From positions 208 to 64,207 of the forward strand of contig QZJM01000049.1 in the NCBI GenBank assembly GCA_003605065.1: a stretch of 64,000 bases of DNA. The letters run 5' to 3'. The stretch is from Dethiobacter sp. (lineage in GTDB: Bacteria > Bacillota > Dethiobacteria > DTU022 > UBA8154). Positions within the stretch are counted from its first letter, which is position 1. Each line of letters starts with the position of its first letter. The notes under the pieces were generated by a model. It worked only from the letters and a program-made list of their open reading frames with translations. It was not told where the DNA came from and did not search any database. The translations under genes and the position numbers were made by a program. Of the stretch, positions 1 to 10,299 are shown in pieces.

Positions 1-539
1 TATATCAACACCATAAGGTTCAAGTAAATCCAGTGCCGTAATAATATTCTCCTGATTTAACCCCCCCGCAAGAATAAGGGGGATAGTCCTTTTATAAAAA
101 GGCCTGGCCAGTCGCCAATTGAAAGTTTGACCTCCTCCACCCTTTTTATCTGTATATTTAGTATCCAGTAGAATAGCGCTAACAAGGTATTCCCGGCACC
201 TTTCTAGTGATAAAGAGGACGATGCCAAAAAAGTTTTGATAATTTTATATGTGGGAAACCGGCGGCAGTACTCCGCTGTCTCCTCGCCGTGAAACTGTAA
301 GGTATCCAGCCTGCAATAAGCAGCAATCTCTCTTACTTTTTCGTCTTCTTCGTTGACAAAAACGCCCACTTTCCCGATAAAAGGAGGCAGTTCCTTGATA
401 ATAGCTGCCGCTTTTTCAGGACTTATCCGGCGGGGACTGGCAGCAAAGACAAATCCCAGAGCATGAACGCCTTCTTCCACGGCTGCCAGAGCCTCCCGGG
501 GAGTAGTAATACCGCAGATCTTAACGCGTACAGGACACA
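1..539 (-). CDS. trpF: phosphoribosylanthranilate isomerase (TrpF), C-terminal part cut by window edge
   Basis: Minus-strand translation from the ATG at 539-537 (MCPVRVKICGITTPREALAAVEEG...) matches the PRAI N-terminus. It overlaps the trpC stop by 19 nt. It is absent from the ORF track because it runs off the window. Confidence 0.8.
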
Positions 540-1327
540 TCTTCCCCCAGCAGCTCCTTTATTTTGGCAACAGGATCGCTACTGCTCATAAGGCTATTAC
601 CAACAAGAATAGCATTCACTCCCAACTCTTTCAACTGCTTCACCTGCTCCCGGCAGTGAATACCGCTCTCCGAAATCAAAACCCTGTCGCGGGGAACATA
701 GGGACCCCATTCAAGAGTCCTCCTAAGATCAATCTCCATAGTATGGAGGTTACGGTTATTGATACCTATGATCTCCGCCCCCGCCTGTACCGCCCGAAGA
801 ATTTCTTCCTTTTTACCTACTTCTACTATGGCAGCCATTCCCAGCTCGTGGAGCAACTGCAAAAATCTTTTTAACTCCGTAAAAGCCAGTAGAGAGGCAA
901 TAAGCAGGACAGCATCTGCTCCCATGGCCCTGGATTCATAAATCTGGTACTCATCCACGATAAAATCCTTACGAAGGACAGGTATGCTTACAGCACTCTT
1001 AGCGCTCTTTAGATCTGCAGGACAGCCGGCAAAATATTTTGCCTCTGTTAACACAGATATGGCCGCTGCGCCGGCTTCCTGGTATAAAAGGGCGATTTCG
1101 GCCGGGCTTTTAACCTGTGCAAAATGAGACTCAATTACTCCGCAAGAGGGGGAGGCTTTTTTAATCTCCGCTATAATGCTTAGCTGCGGAAAACGCTTTT
1201 GAACTGCCTCTTTAAAGTTTCTTGCCGGAGAGATTAAAGGCAGCTGCTTGATTATTTCCTCCAGGGGATATTCTTTTTTCTGCCTGATAACTTCCCTCCA
1301 TTTATGAGCAGCTATCTCTTTAAGCAT
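521..1327 (-). CDS. trpC: indole-3-glycerol phosphate synthase
   Basis: 268 aa with the IAEIKKASPS, LRKDFI and INNRNL motifs typical of IGPS. Start overlaps the trpD stop. Confidence 0.9.
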   Translation of the reverse strand: MLKEIAAHKWREVIRQKKEYPLEEIIKQLPLISPARNFKEAVQKRFPQLSIIAEIKKASPSCGVIESHFAQVKSPAEIALLYQEAGAAAISVLTEAKYFAGCPADLKSAKSAVSIPVLRKDFIVDEYQIYESRAMGADAVLLIASLLAFTELKRFLQLLHELGMAAIVEVGKKEEILRAVQAGAEIIGINNRNLHTMEIDLRRTLEWGPYVPRDRVLISESGIHCREQVKQLKELGVNAILVGNSLMSSSDPVAKIKELLGEDVSCTR

Positions 1328-2375
1328 GAGCTCTTCCCCCTTCTATCCTCCTGGCAGATTCCCGCCGGTACGAGGAAAACTCCACCAGGGCCTGAAGTTT
1401 TTCATAAGCCGCTCCTGAATCAATAGATTTTTTTGCCAGCTCAATCCCTTCCCTGATACTTGAGGCCAGGCCGGAAACGTACACAGCCGCTCCCGCATTT
1501 AGTAAAACAACATCCCGGTATGGCCCTTTTTCCCCTTTCAGTACCGCCAAACAGGAATAAGTACCCGCTGCAGTATCCCCACCCTTCAGAGACCTCATCG
1601 AAACCCTGGAAAAACCAAAATCTTCCGGTGTAATAATATAGCTTTGTATGTTCCCGTTTTTCATTTCCGTTACTTTAGTCTCTGCCGTAAGTGTAATTTC
1701 GTCCAAGCCATCCCCACCGGCTACCACCAGGACATGTTCGGAGCCCGAAGAGGCCAGTACCGCAGCCATTTTTTCTGTTAACGCCGACTCGTAAATTCCC
1801 AGCAGCTGCCTTCTTGCTCCTGCCGGATTATTCAAGGGGCCCAGGAGATTAAAGATGGTCCGCACTCCCAGAGCTTTTCTTGCCGGGAGCGCATGGGCCA
1901 TAGCCGGGTGTAATAAAGGTGCGTACAAAAATCCCAGGCCGATTTCATTGAGACAATGCTCTAGATCTCCAGTAGACAATTCCAAATTTATGCCTAAAGC
2001 TTCACAGAGGTCTGCACTACCGCACTGCCCGGACACAGCCCTGTTTCCGTGCTTGGCCACCGTTATCCCGGCTCCGGCTGTAACAAAGGCGCTCACCGTA
2101 GAAATGTTAAAGCTCCCCTTGCCGTCTCCCCCTGTACCGCAGGTATCCACCAAAGGAGTCCTGGTAACGGAAATTTTAATGCTATGTTCGCGAATGGCCT
2201 GGCAGCTCCCCAGTATTTCATCTACGGCCTCACCTTTGCAACGAAGGGCGACAAGATAAGCAGCAACTTGAGCCTCTTTAAATTCACCTTTCATTACCTG
2301 TCTCATGACCTGGTAGGCCTCTTCACAAGTTAGATTTTCGTGATGTATCAACTTTTCCAGGAAATCTTTGATCAT
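1320..2375 (-). CDS. trpD: anthranilate phosphoribosyltransferase
   Basis: 351 aa with DTCGTGGDGKGSFNIST and AKHGNRAVSGQCGSADLCEALG motifs. Confidence 0.9.
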   Translation of the reverse strand: MIKDFLEKLIHHENLTCEEAYQVMRQVMKGEFKEAQVAAYLVALRCKGEAVDEILGSCQAIREHSIKISVTRTPLVDTCGTGGDGKGSFNISTVSAFVTAGAGITVAKHGNRAVSGQCGSADLCEALGINLELSTGDLEHCLNEIGLGFLYAPLLHPAMAHALPARKALGVRTIFNLLGPLNNPAGARRQLLGIYESALTEKMAAVLASSGSEHVLVVAGGDGLDEITLTAETKVTEMKNGNIQSYIITPEDFGFSRVSMRSLKGGDTAAGTYSCLAVLKGEKGPYRDVVLLNAGAAVYVSGLASSIREGIELAKKSIDSGAAYEKLQALVEFSSYRRESARRIEGGRAHA

Positions 2376-2378
2376 TTT

Positions 2379-3041
2379 TTAACCCGGGATTACTCCAGGG
2401 TGTTCACCTCCTGCAGAATGATTACGTTTAAAGGTTTCCCCTTTAATCTTTAAATTCTCTTCAGTGGTAATAAGGCCGGAAATCAGGCAAAAATTAGCCA
2501 GGATCATACGTCCCCGGGGAGTAAACAGGGACTCGGGGTGAAACTGCAACCCTATCAGATTGCGATAAAGTTTATGCCGGATAGCCATAATTTCCTCCTC
2601 CTCCGTGGCCGCGATAACTTCCAGAGAGGAAGGCAAGCCCCCGGCCAGGATAAGAGAATGATAGCGCATGGCCTCGAAAGGTGAATCTACCCCTTTAAAA
2701 ATGCTGTCCCCCTGATGGTAAACAAGAGAAGTTTTTCCATGCATAAGGTGAGAAGCTCTCACAACCCTGGCGCCAAAGTAAGCCCCGATAACCTGGTGTC
2801 CCAGGCATATACCCAAAATAGGAAGACGGTTTTTAAAAAAACCCACCGCTTTCAAGCTCAACCCGGCGGTGGAAGGCTCTCCCGGTCCCGGCGAGATAAC
2901 AACAGCCCGCAAAGGCATCTCTTCCAGCTCTTCCAGGTTAAAAGCATCATTGCGGCGAACATCCACGTCCAGCCCCATAGAACCCAGTTCTTGAGCCAGG
3001 TTAAAAGTAAAAGAATCGTAATTATCGATAATTAAAATCAT
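2379..3041 (-). CDS. trpG: anthranilate synthase component II (glutamine amidotransferase TrpG/PabA)
   Basis: 220 aa class-I GATase with ILGICLGHQ (Cys nucleophile). Overlaps the trpE end. Confidence 0.88.
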   Translation of the reverse strand: MILIIDNYDSFTFNLAQELGSMGLDVDVRRNDAFNLEELEEMPLRAVVISPGPGEPSTAGLSLKAVGFFKNRLPILGICLGHQVIGAYFGARVVRASHLMHGKTSLVYHQGDSIFKGVDSPFEAMRYHSLILAGGLPSSLEVIAATEEEEIMAIRHKLYRNLIGLQFHPESLFTPRGRMILANFCLISGLITTEENLKIKGETFKRNHSAGGEHPGVIPG

Positions 3042-4557
3042 TTTCCCACTCCTCGGCTAAGCTTATGGCCCGTAAAGAACTGGCCATTTTATGTTCTGTT
3101 TCTTCATACTCCCTGCAGGGGTCAGAATCAGCTACAATTCCTGCCCCGGCCTGAATAAAAGCCTGGCCGTGATCGAACAACAAAGTCCTTATCGTGATAC
3201 AGGTATCCATATCCCCGTTAAAGCCCACATAACCTACGGCCCCGGCATAGGGCCCCCGGGGAAGCGGTTCAAGTTCAGCGATAATTTCCATAGCTCTTAC
3301 CTTGGGCGCACCGGAGACCGTTCCCGCGGGAAAAACAGCACGTAAAAGATGGGTAAAATTGTATTCCGGACGGATTTTTCCCCTGACTTCGGAAACAAGG
3401 TGCATAACATGAGAAAAATATTCTATCTCCAGCAACTTGATTACTGCTACGCTGCCGTAACAACAGACTCTCCCCAGGTCATTTCTGCCCAGATCCACCA
3501 GCATCATATGCTCAGCCCTCTCTTTTTCATCTTTACTGAGCTCTGCAGCCAGGGAAAAATCTCTTTTTTCGTCCTGACCCCGCGGCCTGGTCCCGGCGAT
3601 AGGCTTAGTATAAGCCAGGCCCTTCTCAAGCCTTACCAGCATCTCCGGTGAAGAACCTATCATTTGAAAATGAGGAAAGAAAAGATAAAACTGGTAAGGT
3701 GAAGGGTTCAGGCTGCGCAGAGCGCGGTAAATATTAAACGGAAGGGCTGCCGTTTCCTGTTGCGCTTGCCTGGAGAGCACAACCTGGAATATCTCTCCTG
3801 CCCTTATATATTCCTTGGCCCTGTTAACCGCTGCTATAAAGCTAGCTTTGGTAAACGACCGTCTAACCCCCAGATCGGTGGAAAGGTCACTACAAGAAGC
3901 AACTTTCTCCAACGCATCCCCCTCCATACAACATTGATAACCTTGCCCTTGATTAACATTATTTAAAATATTTTCCAGCTCCTTGGAGGCCTTCTCATAA
4001 ATGTTCTCCAGATTATCTCTGTTGTTATTTATGGAGGCCACGTAAACAGCTGTTAAGAGATGCTTCTTGTGATCATAAATAAAAACTTTGCGGGGGAAAT
4101 AAAAATAGCACGAAGGCCACCTGCTTTCCTCCTCTATACCTGGCACTTTCTCCCACCGCTTAACCATATCATAAGAGAGATAGCCAACGGCTCCACCCCA
4201 GAAAACGGAAAGCTCCTCTGGTTGATAAACATGTAAGCTTTTAAAAATATTCTCTAAAACGTTCAGCGGGTCATCTCCCGAACGCCATCGTTCTCCATTC
4301 TCTTCCTGAACAACCGTGTCACTGCCCAGGGTATAAAGGGTTAAAAAGGGCTCGCTTCCGATAAATGAATACCTGGACTTTTCCCCCAGTTCCCCGCTTT
4401 CCAGCAAAAAGCTCTCCCTGCAATAGGAAGCCAGCTTGACATAGAGAGAAATAGGGGTCTCCAGGTCGGCCGGAACTGTTTTAAATACAGGTATGATATC
4501 ATAATCTTTGCCCAGCCGATTAAATGTTTCCCTATCCGGTTTAATCAATCGCCGCAC
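3022..4557 (-). CDS. trpE: anthranilate synthase component I
   Basis: 511 aa chorismate-binding enzyme (GTRPRG..., LVDLGRNDLGRV motifs). The track start is GTG at 4557. A better-spaced TTG at 4548 follows an AAGAGGTG RBS. Confidence 0.88.
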   Translation of the reverse strand: MRRLIKPDRETFNRLGKDYDIIPVFKTVPADLETPISLYVKLASYCRESFLLESGELGEKSRYSFIGSEPFLTLYTLGSDTVVQEENGERWRSGDDPLNVLENIFKSLHVYQPEELSVFWGGAVGYLSYDMVKRWEKVPGIEEESRWPSCYFYFPRKVFIYDHKKHLLTAVYVASINNNRDNLENIYEKASKELENILNNVNQGQGYQCCMEGDALEKVASCSDLSTDLGVRRSFTKASFIAAVNRAKEYIRAGEIFQVVLSRQAQQETAALPFNIYRALRSLNPSPYQFYLFFPHFQMIGSSPEMLVRLEKGLAYTKPIAGTRPRGQDEKRDFSLAAELSKDEKERAEHMMLVDLGRNDLGRVCCYGSVAVIKLLEIEYFSHVMHLVSEVRGKIRPEYNFTHLLRAVFPAGTVSGAPKVRAMEIIAELEPLPRGPYAGAVGYVGFNGDMDTCITIRTLLFDHGQAFIQAGAGIVADSDPCREYEETEHKMASSLRAISLAEEWENDFNYR

Positions 4558-4646
4558 CTCTTTTCCCAGCTATAATTTTAATTAAATAACCAGGCAAAAT
4601 AAATTGGGGAAATTAAATCTACCCCATTAAACAACCACTTCGGGTG

Positions 4647-5489
4647 CTAAGACTGGATATTCAATGGGAGAAAGCCCACACCGGAGTAAAAGTCAGAAAC
4701 CCGCAACCCGGAGTTCCACACTATCTTCTTTGTAAGAAATTCAAAAAGATAGGGATTGAGCACTTTAAGATAAGTACCCTTCCCCCCCAGCGAACGAGAT
4801 TCAATTACTCCGGCGCATTCAAGCTTCCGTAACGCGTTAGCTATTACCGAACCAGCTATACCCAGTTTTCTGGTTACGAGGATTCCTTCGTTATTACCAA
4901 GTTTTTCAAAAACATGTTCCACTGCCTCCCGCTCCGAACAAGAAAGCGTATCAAGTGCCAGTCTGAGAACTTCTTTATAGCGCATCTCTTTTTCAGTTTC
5001 CTCTACTTTTAAGCGCAGCATCTCCATGCCGGTAATAGCTGCCCCATTTTCAGCAAGAATTACGTCTTCAACCCCGAAAAGCCCGTCAAAGCGTACCAGA
5101 ATTACAGTGCCCAGCCGTTTACCACCGCCGATAATCGGAATTTCCGCAACAATTTTATCAGTATAAGGGCATGATTGCCCTTCAAGAAAAATACAGTCCT
5201 GAGGTTTTTGCTGCAGGTTAATTTTTAATTCATTGCTTTTTAGGAGATACTTGTTATATCCCTCCGGAAATCGCTCCTTTTGTACCAGGTTTATCATAAT
5301 TTTACATTTAAAATTGTCTACAAGGGCATACCCTTTAATTGATCCTTGAAGATCGGCAATATAAACACTGGCATGGATAACATTTTTAAGGACCCCGGCA
5401 ATATCTTTAAAACTGATATGCTGTCCTGCTGCTTCCTGAAGAATTTTGTTAATACAACGGATTTTCTTTAATAAGGAAGAAGTAATCAT
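4647..5489 (-). CDS. codY: CodY-family GAF + winged-HTH transcriptional regulator (paralog embedded in trp operon)
   Basis: The C-terminal region VILAENGAAITGMEMLRLK...EREAVEHVFEKLGNNEGILVTRKLGIAGSVIANALRKLECAGVIESRSLGGKGTYLKVLN aligns almost residue-for-residue with the B. subtilis CodY HTH domain, and the N-terminal GAF-like region (PIIGGGKRLGTVIL) also aligns. It carries a ~20 aa C-terminal extension. A 215-bp gap lies upstream. Confidence 0.8.
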   Translation of the reverse strand: MITSSLLKKIRCINKILQEAAGQHISFKDIAGVLKNVIHASVYIADLQGSIKGYALVDNFKCKIMINLVQKERFPEGYNKYLLKSNELKINLQQKPQDCIFLEGQSCPYTDKIVAEIPIIGGGKRLGTVILVRFDGLFGVEDVILAENGAAITGMEMLRLKVEETEKEMRYKEVLRLALDTLSCSEREAVEHVFEKLGNNEGILVTRKLGIAGSVIANALRKLECAGVIESRSLGGKGTYLKVLNPYLFEFLTKKIVWNSGLRVSDFYSGVGFLPLNIQS

Positions 5490-5704
5490 TTCTTTACCTT
5501 CTTTCTTTCACTTCTCATTTTTAAAAAAGGCGTAGGTTTTGCCAGCCGTCCCACATGAAATATAGGGCCGGAACTATGAGAAAAAGGGCACACCCAGTAA
5601 GAATGCCGTGACAAATAGTATTTCCTATGTGATTGCGAAATCCTACCCTGAAAGGCCGGTAAGGTATCCACCTGCGATTATTAGAACGCCTCCCGTTAGA
5701 TGGT

Positions 5705-6499
5705 TCACAGCAGGGTTCCGGTTTCCACTAGCGCCTTTTTTACAGAGCAAATAAATTCGAAAACAGCCGGTTTCCAGTCCTTTTCGCTGCCCATTAAATG
5801 GACAATACTGCTGCCGATGATCACGCCGTCTACACTAACTGCCACCTCTGCCGCCTGCTCCGGGGTAGAAATACCAAAACCCATACATAATGGTTTGGCT
5901 GATAATCTCCTGACTTTGGAAACTAACCTGTTTAATCCTAGGGGAAGGTTTTTTCTCATGCCGGTAATCCCTGTAACCGAAACAAGATAGATAAACCCCC
6001 GTGAACGTTGTGCTATCTCTTTAATGCGATGCTCAGGGCTGGTAGGAGCAATAAGAAAAATTAAGTCGAGGTTGTACCCTAAGGTGGCTTTTTCCAGAAG
6101 ACCGGCCTCATCTAAAGGTAAATCCGGAATAATCAATCCATCGATACCGGCACAGGAAGAGTCAGCGCAAAAAAGATCTAAACCATAGCGAAAAACGGGA
6201 TTATAGTAGGTCATAAAAAGTAGTGGAATATCCACTTTCTGCCTGATGAGGCGGGCAGTCTCCAGGCACTTAGCCGGAGTTATACCATTTTGCAGGGCCT
6301 TATAGCTGGCCTGCTGGATGGTTACCCCATCAGCCATCGGATCGGAGAAAGGAATGCCCAGTTCAACCACGTCTACGCCGCATTTCTCCAGCAAAGGCAC
6401 TGCCTCCAGGGTTGCCTCAACGGTAGGATAACCTACTGTAACAAAGGCAATAAGGGCAGCATGGTCCCGTCCGGCAAAAACAGAAGCAAGGCGTGTCAT
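5705..6499 (-). CDS. trpA: tryptophan synthase alpha chain
   Basis: 264 aa with [22 protein letters not shown] and GFGIS motifs. Overlaps the trpB stop. Confidence 0.92.
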   Translation of the reverse strand: MTRLASVFAGRDHAALIAFVTVGYPTVEATLEAVPLLEKCGVDVVELGIPFSDPMADGVTIQQASYKALQNGITPAKCLETARLIRQKVDIPLLFMTYYNPVFRYGLDLFCADSSCAGIDGLIIPDLPLDEAGLLEKATLGYNLDLIFLIAPTSPEHRIKEIAQRSRGFIYLVSVTGITGMRKNLPLGLNRLVSKVRRLSAKPLCMGFGISTPEQAAEVAVSVDGVIIGSSIVHLMGSEKDWKPAVFEFICSVKKALVETGTLL

Positions 6500-7716
6500 G
6501 ACCCCACCTCCGGCATTTTACTAATAATGTCCATATCTTTATCTCCTCTTCCGGAAAGGTTAACGACAATAACCTGTTCCCGTTTTAGGGAACCGGCCAG
6601 CTTAAGGGCATGAGCGATGGCGTGAGCAGGTTCCAGGGCCGGTATGATTCCCTCTGTGCGGCTGAGCAAGTGAAAAGCCTCCAGAGCATAACGGTCCTCC
6701 ACGGCCACATATTGAGCACGACCGGTATCTTTAAGAAAACTGTGTTCCGGGCCCACACCGGGGTAATCCAGACCGGCCGAAATACTGTGAGTGGATAAAA
6801 TCTGGCCGTCCTCATCCTGCAGCAAAAAAGATTTCGCCCCCTGCAGCACCCCTACTTTTCCTGCAGTCAGAGAAGCGGCGTGTTTGTTACTCTCCAGACC
6901 CTGCCCCCCTGCTTCCACACCGATGAGCTTTACCTGTGGATCGTTTAGGAAAGGGTAAAAGATACCCATAGCGTTAGATCCACCTCCTACGCAGGCCAAT
7001 ACATAGTCAGGCAAAGCACCTCTCGCACCCAGAATTTGTTCCCTTGCCTCTCTCCCAATGACTGCCTGGAAATCGCGGACCATCAGGGGGTAGGGATGCG
7101 GCCCCACAACTGAGCCCAGCAGGTAGTAAGTGCTCTGTACATTGGTCACCCAGTCACGGAAAGCTTCATTAACGGCATCTTTAAGGGTCCTGGCCCCGCA
7201 TGTAACCGCTTTTACCTCCGCTCCCAAAAGCCTCATGCGAAAGACGTTGGGAGCCTGCCGGTGTACATCCTCTTCTCCCATATAAACAACACACTCTAAT
7301 CCCAGTAAGGCAGAGACGGCAGCAGCAGCAACACCGTGCTGGCCCGCCCCTGTTTCGGCAACCAGGCGTTTTTTTCCCAGCCTTTTGGCCAGCAGCCCCT
7401 GCCCCAAGGCGTTGTTGATCTTGTGCGCTCCCGTATGCAAAAGATCTTCCCGTTTCAGGTAAATGCAAGCACCTCCCTGTAGCTCGCTGAGTCGCTTTGC
7501 TTCATAAAGAGGAGTGGGACGCCCAGACCAGTGCCTTGATAAATGGTAAAATTCCTCCTGAAAGGCCGGATCCTCCCTGGCCCCGCAGTACGCTTCGGTA
7601 AGCTCTTCCAGGGCAGGGATCAACACTTCGGGGACAAACCGCCCTCCAAATTCTCCATAATAACCACGTTCATCCGGCATCATGTCCATTTCAATCCCCC
7701 TTTTACTGCACGACAA
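6496..7716 (-). CDS. trpB: tryptophan synthase beta chain
   Basis: 406 aa with [17 protein letters not shown] (PLP lysine) and GGGSNAMG motifs. Confidence 0.93.
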   Translation of the reverse strand: MSCSKRGIEMDMMPDERGYYGEFGGRFVPEVLIPALEELTEAYCGAREDPAFQEEFYHLSRHWSGRPTPLYEAKRLSELQGGACIYLKREDLLHTGAHKINNALGQGLLAKRLGKKRLVAETGAGQHGVAAAAVSALLGLECVVYMGEEDVHRQAPNVFRMRLLGAEVKAVTCGARTLKDAVNEAFRDWVTNVQSTYYLLGSVVGPHPYPLMVRDFQAVIGREAREQILGARGALPDYVLACVGGGSNAMGIFYPFLNDPQVKLIGVEAGGQGLESNKHAASLTAGKVGVLQGAKSFLLQDEDGQILSTHSISAGLDYPGVGPEHSFLKDTGRAQYVAVEDRYALEAFHLLSRTEGIIPALEPAHAIAHALKLAGSLKREQVIVVNLSGRGDKDMDIISKMPEVGS

Positions 7717-7719
7717 ACT

Positions 7720-8388
7720 CTACACCTGGTATCGCCGCGCCGCTTTGATAAATTCCCGCACCTTTGCTCTATCGAGCTGCTTTCCTGAAATAACAGAGGA
7801 AAAGGCATCCACTGCATATGGCTGTACCTTTCTAACTGCCTCTGCTACATTATGTACATGCAATCCACCCGCAAGGATGAGGGGCTTGGGCCCGATAGCA
7901 TCTTTGATGCGACGGGCCACATCCCATGCCACGGTTTTACCGGTGGACCCGACTTTTCCTTCACCGTAGCTGTCCAGCAAAATTGCATCTGCCCCGGCTT
8001 TTATATAGTCCAGGGCACAGCGTTCGGGTCCATCCCCTCCTGCCAGACAACCTCCCTGGAAATGAAGGGTTTTAATAATCTTAATGTTAAGTTTCTTCTT
8101 GAGAGACACAACATCTTCCGGAGTATTAAATCCATGCAGCTGCACCGCATGGGGATAAACGTATTCTACCATGCGGCAAACCTCTTCAACCCGTTCCTCG
8201 GTGAGGATAAGGATGCCGGATACCATTGGAGGGATAAGGGCAGAGAGTTCTCGTGCCTCCTCAAGGGAAAGCCGGCAGAAAATTTCCTGCCTTACCTCGG
8301 TAATCAGACCGATGGCATCAACCCCCTCCTCCACCAGCAGCTGGATATCTCCTGCATTCCTACTGCCGCAAAGCATCACCCTGGCCAT
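7720..8388 (-). CDS. trpF: phosphoribosylanthranilate isomerase, second copy
   Basis: ORF 7720..8412. The likely start is the ATG at 8388 (MARVMLCGSRN...), one base after the trpC2 TAG stop. PRAI-like TIM barrel (ILAGGL, VDAFSSV). Confidence 0.8.
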   Translation of the reverse strand: MARVMLCGSRNAGDIQLLVEEGVDAIGLITEVRQEIFCRLSLEEARELSALIPPMVSGILILTEERVEEVCRMVEYVYPHAVQLHGFNTPEDVVSLKKKLNIKIIKTLHFQGGCLAGGDGPERCALDYIKAGADAILLDSYGEGKVGSTGKTVAWDVARRIKDAIGPKPLILAGGLHVHNVAEAVRKVQPYAVDAFSSVISGKQLDRAKVREFIKAARRYQV

Positions 8389-8389
8389 T

Positions 8390-9139
8390 CTAACTCCCTC
8401 CTGCCCGCACAAGAAAGGAAACCGTCCCGGCAGGATCCCCGGAGAGCATCAAGGCAGTACCGACCAGCACGGCATCAGCTCCGGCCTCGATGGAACATCT
8501 TATATCTGCTGCACTCCGGTGGGCACTCTGGCTTATTATTACAGCATCTCCTGCCACCTCACGGAAGCTGGCGACAATCTCCGGGGTGATTCGGACCAAA
8601 TCTTCCCCCATCTCCAGCTCGTCAATATTTTTGTTATTTATGCCGATCATAAGTGCCTTTTCACCAAGAGTGTTCAGGTAATGCAGATCCTGCTCCCCTC
8701 TTGTTTCAATCAGAGCATGCATGCCACAGGAATAAACGTACTCCAACATAGCAGGAAGATTTTCACCCAGCAGATGTGCATGAAGAAGTAAAGTTACCCG
8801 GCCAGTAAAGGAGGGCTCCAACCTTTCCGTAATTCCCGCATAAAAGTCTACTTCCTTCCCCTCCAGGATAAAATCCTTAACAAGCAGGGGTAAAGAGGTG
8901 GCCTGCAGAACTGCAGGGATGTCTTTTTCGGGCTCTCCACCAAAATACCGGCGCTCTGTAACAAGGGAGATCCCGGCGGCTCCGCCTTTCTGGTACAACC
9001 CGGCCAGTTGGCCGGCATCCCGCTCATCGCGGGGCCGGCCACACCCGGCTGCCAGTTTGGGAATTAGTCTTTTTATCTCAGCCACAATGGGGATTACTCC
9101 CCTGGTTTGAGTGAGTCTGATTGATTCCAGCAGGTTCAA
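8390..9139 (-). CDS. trpC: indole-3-glycerol phosphate synthase, second copy (short N-terminus)
   Basis: 249 aa with IVAEIKR, LLVKDFI, IGINNKNI motifs. Starts at TTG. The in-frame TAG three codons upstream prevents a longer N-terminus. Overlaps the trpD2 end by 62 nt. Confidence 0.8.
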   Translation of the reverse strand: MNLLESIRLTQTRGVIPIVAEIKRLIPKLAAGCGRPRDERDAGQLAGLYQKGGAAGISLVTERRYFGGEPEKDIPAVLQATSLPLLVKDFILEGKEVDFYAGITERLEPSFTGRVTLLLHAHLLGENLPAMLEYVYSCGMHALIETRGEQDLHYLNTLGEKALMIGINNKNIDELEMGEDLVRITPEIVASFREVAGDAVIISQSAHRSAADIRCSIEAGADAVLVGTALMLSGDPAGTVSFLVRAGGS

Positions 9140-10169
9140 CTTCGCCTACCCCCTTTACTTCCCGGGACCTGTTACGTATTTCCAACATCTTAGCCATGGC
9201 ATTGCCGGAGTCCAAAATCTCCCGGGCCTGTGCCACCCCTTCAAAAAGGGAAGAAGCTTTACCCGCCACTACCAGTGTGGCCGCTGCATTCAACAGCAGC
9301 ATATCACGTTTAGGGCCGGTCTCCTTCCCGCTAAAAATATCCAGGATAATCCTGGCATTGAACTGCGGATCACCCCCCCGGATCTGATCGATAGTACAGC
9401 GCTTCATACCAAAATCTTCCGGGACAATGGTATAATTTTCTATCTTTCCTTCTTTGATCTCCGCTATACTGGTCTCTCCAAGAAGTGAAATTTCGTCGAT
9501 ACCATCAAGGCCGTGAATAACCATGGCATGGGTAAAATCCAGCTCAGCTATTACCTCCGCTACCTGTTCTATCAGCCGGGGCTGGTAAACTCCCAAAACG
9601 TGTCTTTTGGCATTGGCAGGGTTTATGAGAGGACCGATGATGGTAAAAAAAATAGTTTTAATACCAAGATCGTTTTCTGGAGTAAATACTTTCATCATCA
9701 CCGGATGGAAAAGAGGAGCATAGAGGAAAGAAAAACCCACTTCTTCAATTAGCATCTCCGCCTGGCGGGGCTCAAGCTCAACCTCTATTCCCAGAGCTTC
9801 CAAAACATCGGCGCTTCCCGAAGAAGCAGAGATAGAACGCGATCCGTGCTTAGCAATCTTTACGCCAGCTGCGGCAGAAAGCAGGGCATTGGCGCTGCTA
9901 ACATTGAAAGTGGTAAGCCCACCACCCGTTCCACAGGTATCGGTTAATTCACCGTTAACCAGCGGCCTGATAGGAATACAGGCTTTACGCATTGCCCTGG
10001 CAATAGCCGCTATTTCACCGGTAGTGGGACCTTTCATAAGGAGGGCCATCAGGAATCCCGCTATTTGTGTTTCCGAAAAGCGATCTTCTTTAATACCAAA
10101 GATCAGATCATCTATTTCATGTTGGTACAGCTCTAGTCCCCTGGACAATTTTTGTAAAATCTCTTTCAT
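9078..10169 (-). CDS. trpD: anthranilate phosphoribosyltransferase, second copy
   Basis: 363 aa with DTCGTGGGLTTFNVSS (Gly in place of the usual Asp after GTGG) and AKHGSRSISASSGSADVLEALG. About 33 aa C-terminal extension. RBS GAGAAAGGAG upstream. Confidence 0.8.
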   Translation of the reverse strand: MKEILQKLSRGLELYQHEIDDLIFGIKEDRFSETQIAGFLMALLMKGPTTGEIAAIARAMRKACIPIRPLVNGELTDTCGTGGGLTTFNVSSANALLSAAAGVKIAKHGSRSISASSGSADVLEALGIEVELEPRQAEMLIEEVGFSFLYAPLFHPVMMKVFTPENDLGIKTIFFTIIGPLINPANAKRHVLGVYQPRLIEQVAEVIAELDFTHAMVIHGLDGIDEISLLGETSIAEIKEGKIENYTIVPEDFGMKRCTIDQIRGGDPQFNARIILDIFSGKETGPKRDMLLLNAAATLVVAGKASSLFEGVAQAREILDSGNAMAKMLEIRNRSREVKGVGEVEPAGINQTHSNQGSNPHCG

Positions 10170-10299
10170 AAGTCAGATACTCCTTTCTCAGTTTCAGGTT
10201 AAAATAAAATTCTTTACTTTTTTTAATAAAAAAAGTTTTACAGGCCCTTGCGGGCCAAGCCCATTTATTAAGAAATAAAAACATCGCAATACCTCCTTT

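Noticed and set aside
5640-5670. T-box-like string AATCGCAGGTGGATACCTTACCGG after trpA
   Set aside because: It deviates from the 14-mer (insertion, no ACCGCG), there is no Stem I or F-box, and only weak hairpins follow. Treated as chance similarity, although a degenerate leader for the codY-like gene cannot be excluded.
7852-8791. Long plus-strand ORFs (245 aa and 206 aa) inside trpF2/trpC2
   Set aside because: Antisense shadow ORFs of well-supported minus-strand trp genes. Low-complexity, Ser/Arg/Pro-rich translation with no recognisable domain.
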